Source: an uncultured Acidimicrobiia bacterium
Lineage (GTDB): Bacteria; Actinomycetota; Acidimicrobiia; UBA2766
Assembly (NCBI GenBank): GCA_964370965.1
Contig: CAYJLW010000001.1
Location: forward strand, 98,084-162,083
Reading direction: 5' to 3'
Length of the DNA: 64,000 nucleotides
The position numbers and the translations under genes are program-made. The notes beneath the pieces were generated by a model. The model saw only the letters and a program-made list of their open reading frames with translations, had not been told where the DNA came from and did not search any database. Below are positions 27,165-36,516 of the stretch, piece by piece (the stretch's first letter is position 1; each line of letters opens with the position of its first letter).

Positions 27165-28481
27165 ATGAGCAGCGAGACGAGCGACCCCGTGCCCGGGACT
27201 GTGCGGGTGGGCCTGTTGGGCTGCGGGACGGTGGGCGGCGCCGTCGTACGTATGCTCGTGGACCGAGCAGGGCCCGTCGAGGCCAAGACCGGGATTGCCC
27301 TCGAAGTCGTCCGCGTGGCCGTGCGCGACGTCGAGCGCGACCGCGACGTGCCCCTCGGGGCCGAGCATTTCACGACCGACCCCGAGCGGGTCGTGGCCGC
27401 GAGCGACGTCGACGTCGTCGTCGAGGTGATGGGCGGCCTCGACCCGGCCGGGGCTCTGGTCGCGACGGCGCTGCAGGCGGGCAAGCCGGTGGTGACGGCG
27501 AACAAGGAGCTCATGGCCGACAGGGGGCCGGAGCTCCTCGACGTCGCCGAGGGCTCCGGCGTCGACCTCCTCTTCGAGGCCGCCGTGGGCGGGGGTATCC
27601 CGCTCATCCGCCCGATCACCGAGTCCCTGGCCGGCGAGCGGATCCACCGTCTCCTCGGGATCGTGAACGGGACGACGAACTACATCCTCACCCGCATGAG
27701 CGAGGAGGGCAGCGATTTCGCCACCGCGCTGGCCGAGGCGCAGGCTCTCGGCTACGCGGAGGCCGACCCCACGGCCGACGTCGAGGGTCTCGACGCGGCG
27801 GCCAAAGCGGCGATTCTCGCTTCCCTGGCGTTCGGGACCCGTGTGCACGCGTCCGACGTCCACACCGAGGGGATCACGGGCCTCCTGGTGCGCGACATCG
27901 AGCTCGGCAAGCGCCTGGGCTACGCCGTGAAGCTTCTTGCCGTCGCGGAGGCCGACGAGGGGGGGGTAGCGGTGCGGGTGCACCCTGCCCTGCTCCCAGT
28001 GACGCACCCGCTCGCGGCCGTGCGGCTCTCCTTCAACGCCATCTTCATCGAGGGCGAGAACGTGGGTGAGCTCATGTTCTACGGCCGGGGCGCCGGAGGC
28101 GGCCCCACCGCCACTGCCGTCGTGGGCGACGTCATCGACGCCGCCCGGAACCTCCGCCAGGGAGCCCGGGGTCCGCACGCTGCTCCGCCGGTCGGGACGT
28201 CGGTGAGGGCCCTGGCGGACGTCGCCGGCCAGTTCTACGTGCGCCTCGAGGTGGTCGATCGCCCCGGTGTCCTCGCCGCGGTCGCCGGTGTCTTCGGCGC
28301 TCATGGCGTCTCGATCCGTTCCGTGATCCAGGAGGGGCGCGAGAACGACGCCGAGCTCGTGCTCATCACGCACCGTTCCGCCGAGAGGGCCATGGCGGCG
28401 ACCCTCGCGGAGCTCGCCGCACAGGAAGCGGTCAAGAGCGTGGCGGCGACCCTGCGTGTAGTGGGCGAAGAGGCCGAGTGA
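27165..28481 (+). CDS. hom: Homoserine dehydrogenase with C-terminal ACT domain
   Basis: GLLGCGTVG, VVTANK, FEAAVGGGIP, NGTTNYIL, GYAEADPTADVEG, DRPGVLA. Confidence 0.97.
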   Translation: MSSETSDPVPGTVRVGLLGCGTVGGAVVRMLVDRAGPVEAKTGIALEVVRVAVRDVERDRDVPLGAEHFTTDPERVVAASDVDVVVEVMGGLDPAGALVATALQAGKPVVTANKELMADRGPELLDVAEGSGVDLLFEAAVGGGIPLIRPITESLAGERIHRLLGIVNGTTNYILTRMSEEGSDFATALAEAQALGYAEADPTADVEGLDAAAKAAILASLAFGTRVHASDVHTEGITGLLVRDIELGKRLGYAVKLLAVAEADEGGVAVRVHPALLPVTHPLAAVRLSFNAIFIEGENVGELMFYGRGAGGGPTATAVVGDVIDAARNLRQGARGPHAAPPVGTSVRALADVAGQFYVRLEVVDRPGVLAAVAGVFGAHGVSIRSVIQEGRENDAELVLITHRSAERAMAATLAELAAQEAVKSVAATLRVVGEEAE

Positions 28482-29542
28482 ACACCCGGGCCCCGTGGCG
28501 GGGCGTCGTCACGGAGTTCCGCGAGCGGCTCCCCCTGCCCCCTGGTGCCACGGCGGTCTCGCTGCTCGAAGGCGACACGCCCCTCGTGCCGGCACCGGCG
28601 CTCGGCGCGGAGATCGGAGCCGACCTTTGGCTGAAGTTCGAAGGCATGAACCCGACGGGATCCTTCAAGGACCGGGGCATGTGCGTGGCGGTCTCGGGGG
28701 CCCTCGCCGAGGGGGCAGAGGCGATCGTCTGCGCGTCCACGGGGAACACGTCGGCGTCGGCAGCCGCCTATGCCGCCCGGGCGGGGATCGCCTGTGGCGT
28801 CGTGCTTCCCGAGGGGGGCATCGCTCTGGGCAAGCTCGCCCAGGCGCTCATCCACGGCGCCAGGGTGATTCCGATCCGGGGCAACTTCGACGACGCCCTC
28901 CGCATCGCCCGGGAGCTGGCCGCCTCGGGACAGGTGACGCTGGTGAACTCCGTGAACCCGCTGCGCATCGAGGGGCAGAAGACCGTGGCGTTCGAGGTCG
29001 TCGAGGCGCTCGGCGGGCGCGCCCCCGACGTCCACTGCCTGCCGGTCGGCAACGCCGGGAACATCACGGCCGCCTGGCTGGGCTACACGGAGGCCGTCGA
29101 GATCTACGGACTCGGTGAGCGCCCCCGCATGTGGGGGGCGCAGGCGGCGGGGGCGGCCCCGATCGTCCGGGGAGAGCGGGTGGAGCGGCCCCAGACGATC
29201 GCGTCCGCGATCCGCATCGGCAACCCGGCGTCCTGGGACACGGCGGTGGAGGCCCGCGACCGCTCTGGGGGCTGCATCGAGGCGGTCACCGACGCCGAGA
29301 TCCTCGCCGCCTACAGGAAGCTCGCCACCAGTGAGGGCGTCTTCTGCGAGCCGGCGTCAGCGGCATCGGTGGCCCTGCTCTCGGCGAAGGCGGGCCGGGG
29401 CGAGATCCCCCCGGGGGCCACGATCGTCGCCACCCTCACCGGCCACGGCCTCAAGGACCCGGAGCGCACAGTGCAGGAGATCAGCGTTCCCGATGCCGTG
29501 GACGCCACCGTGGAGGCGGTCGCGTCCGGCCTCGGCCTGTGA
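28478..29542 (+). CDS. thrC: Threonine synthase
   Basis: EGMNPTGSFKDRG, CASTGNTSASAAAY, NSVNP.RIEGQKT, PVGNAGNITA, CEPASAA, LTGHGLKD. Confidence 0.97.
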   Translation: MNTRAPWRGVVTEFRERLPLPPGATAVSLLEGDTPLVPAPALGAEIGADLWLKFEGMNPTGSFKDRGMCVAVSGALAEGAEAIVCASTGNTSASAAAYAARAGIACGVVLPEGGIALGKLAQALIHGARVIPIRGNFDDALRIARELAASGQVTLVNSVNPLRIEGQKTVAFEVVEALGGRAPDVHCLPVGNAGNITAAWLGYTEAVEIYGLGERPRMWGAQAAGAAPIVRGERVERPQTIASAIRIGNPASWDTAVEARDRSGGCIEAVTDAEILAAYRKLATSEGVFCEPASAASVALLSAKAGRGEIPPGATIVATLTGHGLKDPERTVQEISVPDAVDATVEAVASGLGL

Positions 29543-29618
29543 GGACGCGACGCCTGCGGCTGTCTCACAGCTCACGTACGTGGGGTGTGAGCCGTCGACG
29601 TCGTCGTGAGGCGCCGGG

Positions 29619-30194
29619 TCACGACCCTTCGAACGGCCTCACGTGCTCCATGTCCTCGGGCCAGTCCACGTCGAGGAAGGAACGACCGTCGGGGTCGTCC
29701 GCCTTCCATTCGTCCTCCCCGATCCAGAGGACGTCGACCGCGTCCAGGAGCGCCTGCAGGCGGCGCTCGCCGTCCTCGAGGAGGGCCGCCGCCTTCTCGG
29801 CCAGGGCTGTGGCGTAGACGGCGACCAGCCACTCGGGGCCATGCGGGCCGACGGGCACGACCGCGTCCGCCTCACGCCGGCGGGCGAGGAGCCGCCCGAG
29901 TAGCGGGCGCACGAGAAGCGGGTGGTCGCAGCCGAGGACGAGGGCGTGGCGGGTGCCGACGCGGGCGAGGCCGTGGGCGAGACCGGACAGGGGGCCCTCG
30001 TAGCGGACGGGTTCGAGGTCGTGGCGGTACCCGGGGGGCGCCCAAGGGCCCACGACGAGCAGTTCGTCGACGAGGGGGGCGACGGCGTCGACGGTCCCCT
30101 CCAAGAGGGTGCGGCCCCGGAAGGGCATACGCGACTTGTCCTCCCCCATCCGGGAGGACCGGCCACCGGAGAGGACCACCGCACCTGTCGTCAT
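29619..30194 (-). CDS. mobA: Molybdenum cofactor guanylyltransferase
   Basis: LSGGRSSRMGEDK, GPLSGL, CDHP. Confidence 0.85.
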   Translation of the reverse strand: MTTGAVVLSGGRSSRMGEDKSRMPFRGRTLLEGTVDAVAPLVDELLVVGPWAPPGYRHDLEPVRYEGPLSGLAHGLARVGTRHALVLGCDHPLLVRPLLGRLLARRREADAVVPVGPHGPEWLVAVYATALAEKAAALLEDGERRLQALLDAVDVLWIGEDEWKADDPDGRSFLDVDWPEDMEHVRPFEGS

Positions 30195-30319
30195 GGCGGA
30201 GTTCTAGCGCGGGCGCGAGCCCGACAGGTCTCACGGACCCCGTCACCGGCCCCTGCACCCTCGCGGAAGTCCGTCCGGCCGGGTCGGTGACTGCGCGGCT
30301 GCTCCCTACACTGGCGGTC

Positions 30320-31393
30320 GTGCCCGATGCGGCCGTCCGCCCCCGTGTCCTGCCCGGCCTCTGGTTCCCGCTCGCTGTCTTCGGCATCTGGCGGGTGCTG
30401 CAGGCCGTCGCGGTCTGGGCTTTCGGCGGCGACCCGGTGCAGGCGGTGTACAGATGGGACGGCGGCTGGTACCGCTGGATCCTGGAACACGGCTACGCCT
30501 TCCGTCCCGACCGGGGCGCCGAGCAGCCCAGCGCATTCTTCCCCCTCGTGCCGTGGGCCGTGCGGGGTGTCCGGGCCGTCGTACGTTCGCAACTGGTCGC
30601 CGTCCACGTGGTCGCCAATGCCGCCGCCGGGGCGGCCTTCTGCGCCGTCTGGGGGGCCGTGCGGGAGTGGCGCGACGAACGTGTGGCCCGCCGGGCAGTC
30701 TTGGCCCTGGCGCTGTTCCCGACGTCGCTGTTCCTGTGGTGCTTCTACAGCGAGGCGGCCTTCGTGGCGCTCTCCGCCGGGGCCCTCTGGGCCGCGACGC
30801 GGCGGCGCCCCGTTCTCTGCGGCGTGCTGTGCGCGGCCGGCGCCATGTCGCGGGTGCCAGGCGTGCTCGTCGTGCCCGTGGCGGCCTGGACATACGTGCA
30901 AGCGGGGGGAAGGCGTCCCCGGGCGGCGTGGTGCGCCCTCGGCCTCCTCGGGCTCGTGCCCGTGCTCGTCGCCCAGGGCGTCCAGGCCGGCGACCCATTC
31001 GCGTTCGTCGGTGCCGGGGCCGCCTGGGGCCGTCACCTGGCGCCGCCGTGGGAGGTGTTCCGGACCGGCCTCGACTTCATCCTGAACGGGAGTGGGGGCT
31101 ACCGGGTCGTCACCGCCGCCGATCTCGTCGCGGCCCTGACGTTCGTCGGGGTGGGGCTCTGGATGTTCCGGCGTTGGCCTGCACCGGCGGGGGCGTGGAC
31201 CCTGCTCATGGTCGCCGTACCCTTGTTCACGGCGACTTCGGTGAGCCTCGCCCGCTACGTCCTCGCCGCCTGGCCGGCCTTCGGTGCCGCCGGGGACCTG
31301 CCCCCGTGGGCGCGGCGGGCAGGAGCCGGCGTGCTCGCGATCCTGTCGGTGGTCGTGTTGCGCGAGTTCGCCAAGGGGGGCTTCGTGGGGTAG
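30320..31393 (+). CDS. GT-C mannosyltransferase-like (PIG-V/Mannosyl_trans2-like) membrane protein
   Basis: RWDGGWY..I...GY, AFFPL, FPTSLFL..FYSEA, about 10 TMs; TACACT 7 nt before GTG. Confidence 0.82.
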   Translation: MPDAAVRPRVLPGLWFPLAVFGIWRVLQAVAVWAFGGDPVQAVYRWDGGWYRWILEHGYAFRPDRGAEQPSAFFPLVPWAVRGVRAVVRSQLVAVHVVANAAAGAAFCAVWGAVREWRDERVARRAVLALALFPTSLFLWCFYSEAAFVALSAGALWAATRRRPVLCGVLCAAGAMSRVPGVLVVPVAAWTYVQAGGRRPRAAWCALGLLGLVPVLVAQGVQAGDPFAFVGAGAAWGRHLAPPWEVFRTGLDFILNGSGGYRVVTAADLVAALTFVGVGLWMFRRWPAPAGAWTLLMVAVPLFTATSVSLARYVLAAWPAFGAAGDLPPWARRAGAGVLAILSVVVLREFAKGGFVG

Positions 31394-31446
31394 GCGCCTG
31401 TCCAGGGGGGGCTGCGGCGCCTCCGCCGAATCCGCACCCGGTTCGG

Positions 31447-31872
31447 TCAGGCCAGCTTCACGGCGGCGAGGACGAGGCCGGCGGTGCCGAACGCGAGGCC
31501 GATGTTCGCGGCGAGCACGCGGGTGCCGAGGGCAGCGAAGCGGTTCTCCACGTGAGCGAAGCGGGTCTCCATCTGGGCGAAGCGACCGTCCATCTCGCCC
31601 CTCAGCTCCGAGATCTTCCCCTCGACGCCGGCGAAGCGGTTCTCCACCCGAGCGAAGCCGGTCTCCACGGCGGCGAAGCGCTGGTCCATCTCGCCTCGCA
31701 GGAGGGCGATCTCGCCGCGCAGGCTCGTGCCGAGGGCCTCGACGTCGGCCCGCCGGGCGAGGTCGTTCCAGTCGTATGGCGGAAGTGATTCCATGAGCGT
31801 GGACGCTGGTCCGTCGCCTATCTCGGTGCGGAGGGCCTCGAAGAGCTCCCGCCGTTCGCGATCTGTGGGCAT
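31447..31872 (-). CDS. DUF1640/CCDC90-like membrane-anchored coiled-coil protein
   Basis: Head, neck (DLARRADV), heptad stalk RFAxxEx with a duplicated 32-aa unit, C-terminal TM. Confidence 0.65.
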   Translation of the reverse strand: MPTDRERRELFEALRTEIGDGPASTLMESLPPYDWNDLARRADVEALGTSLRGEIALLRGEMDQRFAAVETGFARVENRFAGVEGKISELRGEMDGRFAQMETRFAHVENRFAALGTRVLAANIGLAFGTAGLVLAAVKLA

Positions 31873-31970
31873 CGTTGCTCCCAGGGTCGCAGTCACGCTG
31901 TGGTGACACGTTCGGGGGAAGTTCCAGGTGGCCTACCGGAGCCTCATCGTAGCGCCCACCTCCGACGTGT

Positions 31971-33113
31971 TCACCCGCCGGAAGCGGCATCGGCGTACAC
32001 GTCCCTTGTGGCCCGCACGCAGGCCTCCCATGTGAACGCGGCTGCCCGCTCCCGCCCCCGGCGGGCCATGCGGATCCGTTCCGCCGGGTCAGAGAGGACG
32101 GCGACGATCGCCGCGGCCCACGCCTCCGGGTCCCGGGGGGCCAGGAGGCGGGCGGCGTCCCCGGCCACCTCCGGCAGCGACCCCGTGTCCGAGCAGACGA
32201 CGGGCGTGCCGCACGCCATCGCCTCCAGCACGGGGAGGCCGAATCCCTCTGCCAGGCTGGGCAGGACGAAGACGCCCGCTCCGGCGTAGAGCGCGGCGAG
32301 GTCGTCCTCGCCGACCCGCCCGAGCCTGCGCACGTCGCCCGAGGCCTCCAGGGCCCCGAGGCGTTCTTCCACGCCCGAGGCAGCCCAGCCCGCCACTCCG
32401 GTGAGGACGAGGCGGTGCGGGAGACCGGCCTCCCGGCGGGCGGCCGCGAAGGCGTCGAGCAGCAGGGGGACGTTCTTGCGGGGCTCGAGCGTGCCCGTCC
32501 AGAGGACGTAGGGCCTCTCGCCCACCCCGAGTCGGCTCAGGGCGCCGGCGGTGACGTCCTCAGCGGGCGCGGACATGTCACAGCCCATGGGGACGACGCG
32601 GATGCGGCCGGGGTCGAAGCCGCCCGCCGCCCGCACGTCGGCGGCGACGGCCTCCGACGGGCAGATCACGAGGCGGGCCCGGCGGCCGGCGGCGGCGAGG
32701 CCGCGGCGGTGGAACCAGCGGCCCCGGCCCGGGTAGGTCTCCGGGAACTGGGCGGGGAAGAGGTCGTGAACGGTGGCGACGAGGGGCGTGTCCCCCACGG
32801 CCGGGACGGCGAGGGAGGGGGCGTGGACGGCGTCGAGCCCCCGCAGCCGGGTCGAGCACCACGCCAGCCTGGGGATGCCGAGGAGGTGCCAGGCGTCATA
32901 GAGCAGGGGGCGGGGGAGCGGAAGTACGACGGTGTCACCGGCGGCGGGGTCGACTGCGGCCCGCACGGCGGCGGGGGGGTGCCGAGCGCAGAAGGGGACC
33001 CAGGCGTCGTCGGGGAACAGGCGCGGGAGTAGGGTGAGGAGCCGGTCTGTGTACCGCCCGATCCCGCCGGGCGCCGGCTGCAGCAACTGCTCGACGTTGA
33101 TGGCTACGCGCAT
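31971..33113 (-). CDS. GT4 glycosyltransferase (MtfB/WbpX-like)
   Basis: GGIGRY, TVHDL, GTLEPRKN, EGFGLPVLEAMACG. Confidence 0.92.
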   Translation of the reverse strand: MRVAINVEQLLQPAPGGIGRYTDRLLTLLPRLFPDDAWVPFCARHPPAAVRAAVDPAAGDTVVLPLPRPLLYDAWHLLGIPRLAWCSTRLRGLDAVHAPSLAVPAVGDTPLVATVHDLFPAQFPETYPGRGRWFHRRGLAAAGRRARLVICPSEAVAADVRAAGGFDPGRIRVVPMGCDMSAPAEDVTAGALSRLGVGERPYVLWTGTLEPRKNVPLLLDAFAAARREAGLPHRLVLTGVAGWAASGVEERLGALEASGDVRRLGRVGEDDLAALYAGAGVFVLPSLAEGFGLPVLEAMACGTPVVCSDTGSLPEVAGDAARLLAPRDPEAWAAAIVAVLSDPAERIRMARRGRERAAAFTWEACVRATRDVYADAASGG

Positions 33114-35406
33114 GGTCCGAATCCTCTTCATTCAACCCGTTGCCGAGGCCGGCGGGTCGGACCATTGCCTCTTGCGCATGATCAGGGCCCTGCCCCGGGA
33201 CCGTTTCGAGTGCCACGTCGCCCAGCCCGCCCCCGGGCCCCTCGCCGCGGAGCTCGCGGCGGCGGGGGCCACGATCCACACCGTCCCGATGCGCCGCATC
33301 ACGACGGGTGGCGGCCCCGGGTGGTGGGTGCTCTACGCCCTGGGCTGGCCGCTGGCGGTGTGGCGCCTCGCCCGCCTCGCCCGCCGCCTCGGTGCCGACG
33401 TCGTGCACACGAACTCGCTGCACTCCTGGTACGGCTGGGCGGTCGCCCGCCTCGTCGGCGTCCCCCACGTCTGGCACGCCCGGGAGATCACCGTGCAGTC
33501 CGGGGCCGCCCTCCGCCTCGAACGCTTCCTCTGCCGGCGCTTCGCCGATCGGGTCGTGGCCATGTCCTATGCCATCGCGGGCCAACTCGACCCGGCGAAC
33601 GTCGTGGTCGTCTACGACGACGTCACCCCGGGGGAGTTCTCCCCCGACCGGGCGGGGCGGTTCCGCCGCGACGCCGGGATCCCCGACGACGCCCCGCTCG
33701 TGGGCAGCGTGGGGCGGATCGACACCTGGAAGGGCGTCGACGTCCTCCTCGACGCCTTCGCTCTCGTGAAGGAACGTGTCCCCGGCGCCCACCTCGTCGT
33801 CGTGGGCCCCGCCGTGGCGGGCAAGGAGGACTACGCCGCCGCCCTGGAGCGGCACGCCGCGGGGATCCCCGACGTCCACTGGGCGGGCTCCCGTAGGGAC
33901 GCCCCGGACGTCTTCGCCGACCTCGACGTCTTCGTCCTGGCCTCCACCGAACCCGAGCCCTACGGCCTCGTCGTGGTCGAGGCCCTCGCGAGTGGCGCCC
34001 GTGCCGTCGTCACCGACCACGGCGGCGCCGCTGAGATCGCCGTTCGGGCACCCGGCCACGCCCGCCTCGTCCCGCCCCGGGACCCGGCCGCTCTTGCAGA
34101 CGTCCTTGCTGCCGAACTCGCCGGCCTCGGTGCCACGTCGACGGCGTCGCGCCGGGCCCGGCCCCCGGCCTGGACGCCGGTCACGCCGGACTACGCCGAG
34201 GTCTACCGGCCGTCCGTCCCCGCCGCCGGCCGCGACCGCTCCGACGTCACGGCCGTCGTCTTGAACTACGGGGGGCCTTCCGACGTCCTCGGTGCCTGCA
34301 TCGACTCCCTCCTCGCGCAGACGCACCCCGTCGACGTCCTCTTGGTGGACAACCGTTCGCCGCAGAACCTCGACGCCGTCGAGGGCGTCATGCGCCGCCA
34401 TCCCGAGGTCCGCCTGCTCCGCCTCACGCGCAACTTCGGCTACGCGGGCGGCATGAACCCCGGCATCGCCGCCGTCTCCACGCCGTACCTGATGCCGGTG
34501 AACAACGACGCCCGCCTGGCTCCGGACGCCACGGCCGAGATGCTCGCCGTCCTCGACGCCGGCGGCGACGAGGTCGTCGGCGCCTGCCCGAAGATCGTCT
34601 TCGAGTCCGCTCCCCACCTCGTGGACTCCGTGGGGAACCTCATCCGCCCTAACGGCGTGGCCTTCAACCTCGGGATCGGCCAGTGTGACGTGGGGCAGTT
34701 CGACCGGAGCGAGGCTGTCTTCGGGGCGTGCTTCGCCGCCACGCTCCTGCGCCGGCGGGCATTCGACCCCGGCGACGTCGGCCCGCTCGACGAGGCGTAC
34801 TTCATGTACTTCGAGGACGTCGACTGGTGTTTCCGCGCCGGCGCCCTCGGCCACCGTTTCCTCACGGCGCCGGGTGCCGTCGTCCACCACATGCACTCGC
34901 TGTCGACCCGCCAGCAGGAGTTCGGGTTCAAGTACCACCTCATCCAGCGCAACCACATGCGCACGGCGATCAAGGACTTCGAGGCCCGCCACGCCGCCTG
35001 GACCGTGTTCCGCCGCTGTCTCACGCTCGCCTACAGACTCGCGTTCGGGCCCTGGCGCCGCCCCAGCCTCGACGCCTTGGCCGACACGGTGAAGGGCCTG
35101 CCGGCCATGCTCGCCGAGCGTCGGCGGCTGCAGCGGCGCCGCCGCGTCCCGGACCGCACCCTCTTCGCCTTCGCCGAGGGCGAGACCCCTTACTTCGACT
35201 CGATCAACTACGAACCGATGACGTCCGCGGACGTCCTCTCCGCCATGTACGGCCGCCGCTACCGCATCACACAGGACGACGCCGACCGCCGCATCTCCGA
35301 GGCGGCCCGCGCCCGCCGGGCGCGGGCCCGCCAGGAGCTCGTCCCTCTCGTCGCCGGGGAGCCCGACTACGTGAAGGACATGGTCGCAGGCCTGGGAGGC
35401 CGCTGA
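33112..35406 (+). CDS. GT4-GT2 fusion glycosyltransferase
   Basis: GT4: GRIDTWKG, EPYGLVVVE; GT2: VVLNY, VDN, NFGYAGGMN, VNND, FMYFEDVDW. Confidence 0.9.
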   Translation: MVRILFIQPVAEAGGSDHCLLRMIRALPRDRFECHVAQPAPGPLAAELAAAGATIHTVPMRRITTGGGPGWWVLYALGWPLAVWRLARLARRLGADVVHTNSLHSWYGWAVARLVGVPHVWHAREITVQSGAALRLERFLCRRFADRVVAMSYAIAGQLDPANVVVVYDDVTPGEFSPDRAGRFRRDAGIPDDAPLVGSVGRIDTWKGVDVLLDAFALVKERVPGAHLVVVGPAVAGKEDYAAALERHAAGIPDVHWAGSRRDAPDVFADLDVFVLASTEPEPYGLVVVEALASGARAVVTDHGGAAEIAVRAPGHARLVPPRDPAALADVLAAELAGLGATSTASRRARPPAWTPVTPDYAEVYRPSVPAAGRDRSDVTAVVLNYGGPSDVLGACIDSLLAQTHPVDVLLVDNRSPQNLDAVEGVMRRHPEVRLLRLTRNFGYAGGMNPGIAAVSTPYLMPVNNDARLAPDATAEMLAVLDAGGDEVVGACPKIVFESAPHLVDSVGNLIRPNGVAFNLGIGQCDVGQFDRSEAVFGACFAATLLRRRAFDPGDVGPLDEAYFMYFEDVDWCFRAGALGHRFLTAPGAVVHHMHSLSTRQQEFGFKYHLIQRNHMRTAIKDFEARHAAWTVFRRCLTLAYRLAFGPWRRPSLDALADTVKGLPAMLAERRRLQRRRRVPDRTLFAFAEGETPYFDSINYEPMTSADVLSAMYGRRYRITQDDADRRISEAARARRARARQELVPLVAGEPDYVKDMVAGLGGR

Positions 35407-35434
35407 GGCGACTGCTTCGCTACCCTTTCAGGCT

Positions 35435-36499
35435 GTGAAAGCCCTCGTTCTCGCCGGCGGCAGCGGCACGCGTCTCCGGCCCATCACCCACACGTCCGCG
35501 AAGCAGCTCGTCCCGCTGGCGAACAAGCCCATCCTCTTCTACGGGATCGAGGCGATCGCCGCCGCCGGCATCCGCGAGGTCGGCATCATCGTGGGCGAGA
35601 CCCGCGCTGAGGTCGAGGAGGCCGTCGGCGACGGGTCTCGCTGGGGCATAGACGTCACCTACATCCCCCAGGACGCCCCCCTCGGCCTCGCCCACTGCGT
35701 CCTCATCGCCCGGGACTTCCTCGGCGACGACCCCTTCGTCATGTACCTGGGCGACAACTTCATCGTCGAAGGGGTGAAGGCTTTCGTCGAGGAGTTCCAG
35801 CGGGAGCGGCCCAACGCTCAGATCCTCCTCACCAAGGTGGAGCACCCCGAGCAGTTCGGCGTCGCCGAGCTCGACGCCGACGGCCGCGTCGTGCGCCTCG
35901 TGGAGAAGCCCAAGGACCCGCCTTCGGACCTCGCCCTCGTGGGCGTCTACCTCTTCGACGCCTCGATCCACGAGGCCGTGCGGGCGATCGAGCCGTCCTG
36001 GCGTGACGAGCTCGAGATCACCGACGCCATCCAGTGGCTCATGGACAACGGCCGCACGGTGCGCCCCCACATCATCACGGGCTGGTGGATCGACACCGGA
36101 AGGGTCGAGGACCTCCTGGAGGCGAACCGCATCGTCCTGGACATGACCGAGGGCGACATACGGGGTAGCGTCGACGGCGACTCCCGCGTCGTGGGCCGGG
36201 TCGTGATCGAGGAGGGCGCGGAGCTGATTCGCTCCGTGGTGCGCGGCCCCGCCATCATCGGGGAGCGTACGAGGCTTGTGGACAGCTACGTGGGCCCGTA
36301 CAGCGCAGTCGCCTACGAGTGCGAGATCGTCGATTCCGAGATCGAGCACTCGATAGTCCTCGAGCAGTCCCGCATCCACGGGATCCGCCGCATCGAGGAC
36401 AGCCTCATCGGCAAGAACGTGGCGGTGGGGCGGTCCCAGGAGCAGCCGCAGGCGTTCCGGCTCATGCTCGGGGACCACTCTCAAGTCAAGGTCGTCTAG
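35435..36499 (+). CDS. rmlA: Glucose-1-phosphate thymidylyltransferase (long form)
   Basis: LAGGSGTRLRPITHTSAKQL, GLAH, YLGDN, VEKP, ELEITDA, WIDTG; C-terminal LbH domain. Confidence 0.95.
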   Translation: MKALVLAGGSGTRLRPITHTSAKQLVPLANKPILFYGIEAIAAAGIREVGIIVGETRAEVEEAVGDGSRWGIDVTYIPQDAPLGLAHCVLIARDFLGDDPFVMYLGDNFIVEGVKAFVEEFQRERPNAQILLTKVEHPEQFGVAELDADGRVVRLVEKPKDPPSDLALVGVYLFDASIHEAVRAIEPSWRDELEITDAIQWLMDNGRTVRPHIITGWWIDTGRVEDLLEANRIVLDMTEGDIRGSVDGDSRVVGRVVIEEGAELIRSVVRGPAIIGERTRLVDSYVGPYSAVAYECEIVDSEIEHSIVLEQSRIHGIRRIEDSLIGKNVAVGRSQEQPQAFRLMLGDHSQVKVV

Positions 36500-36516
36500 A
36501 AGCAAGCGAGGTTGTC

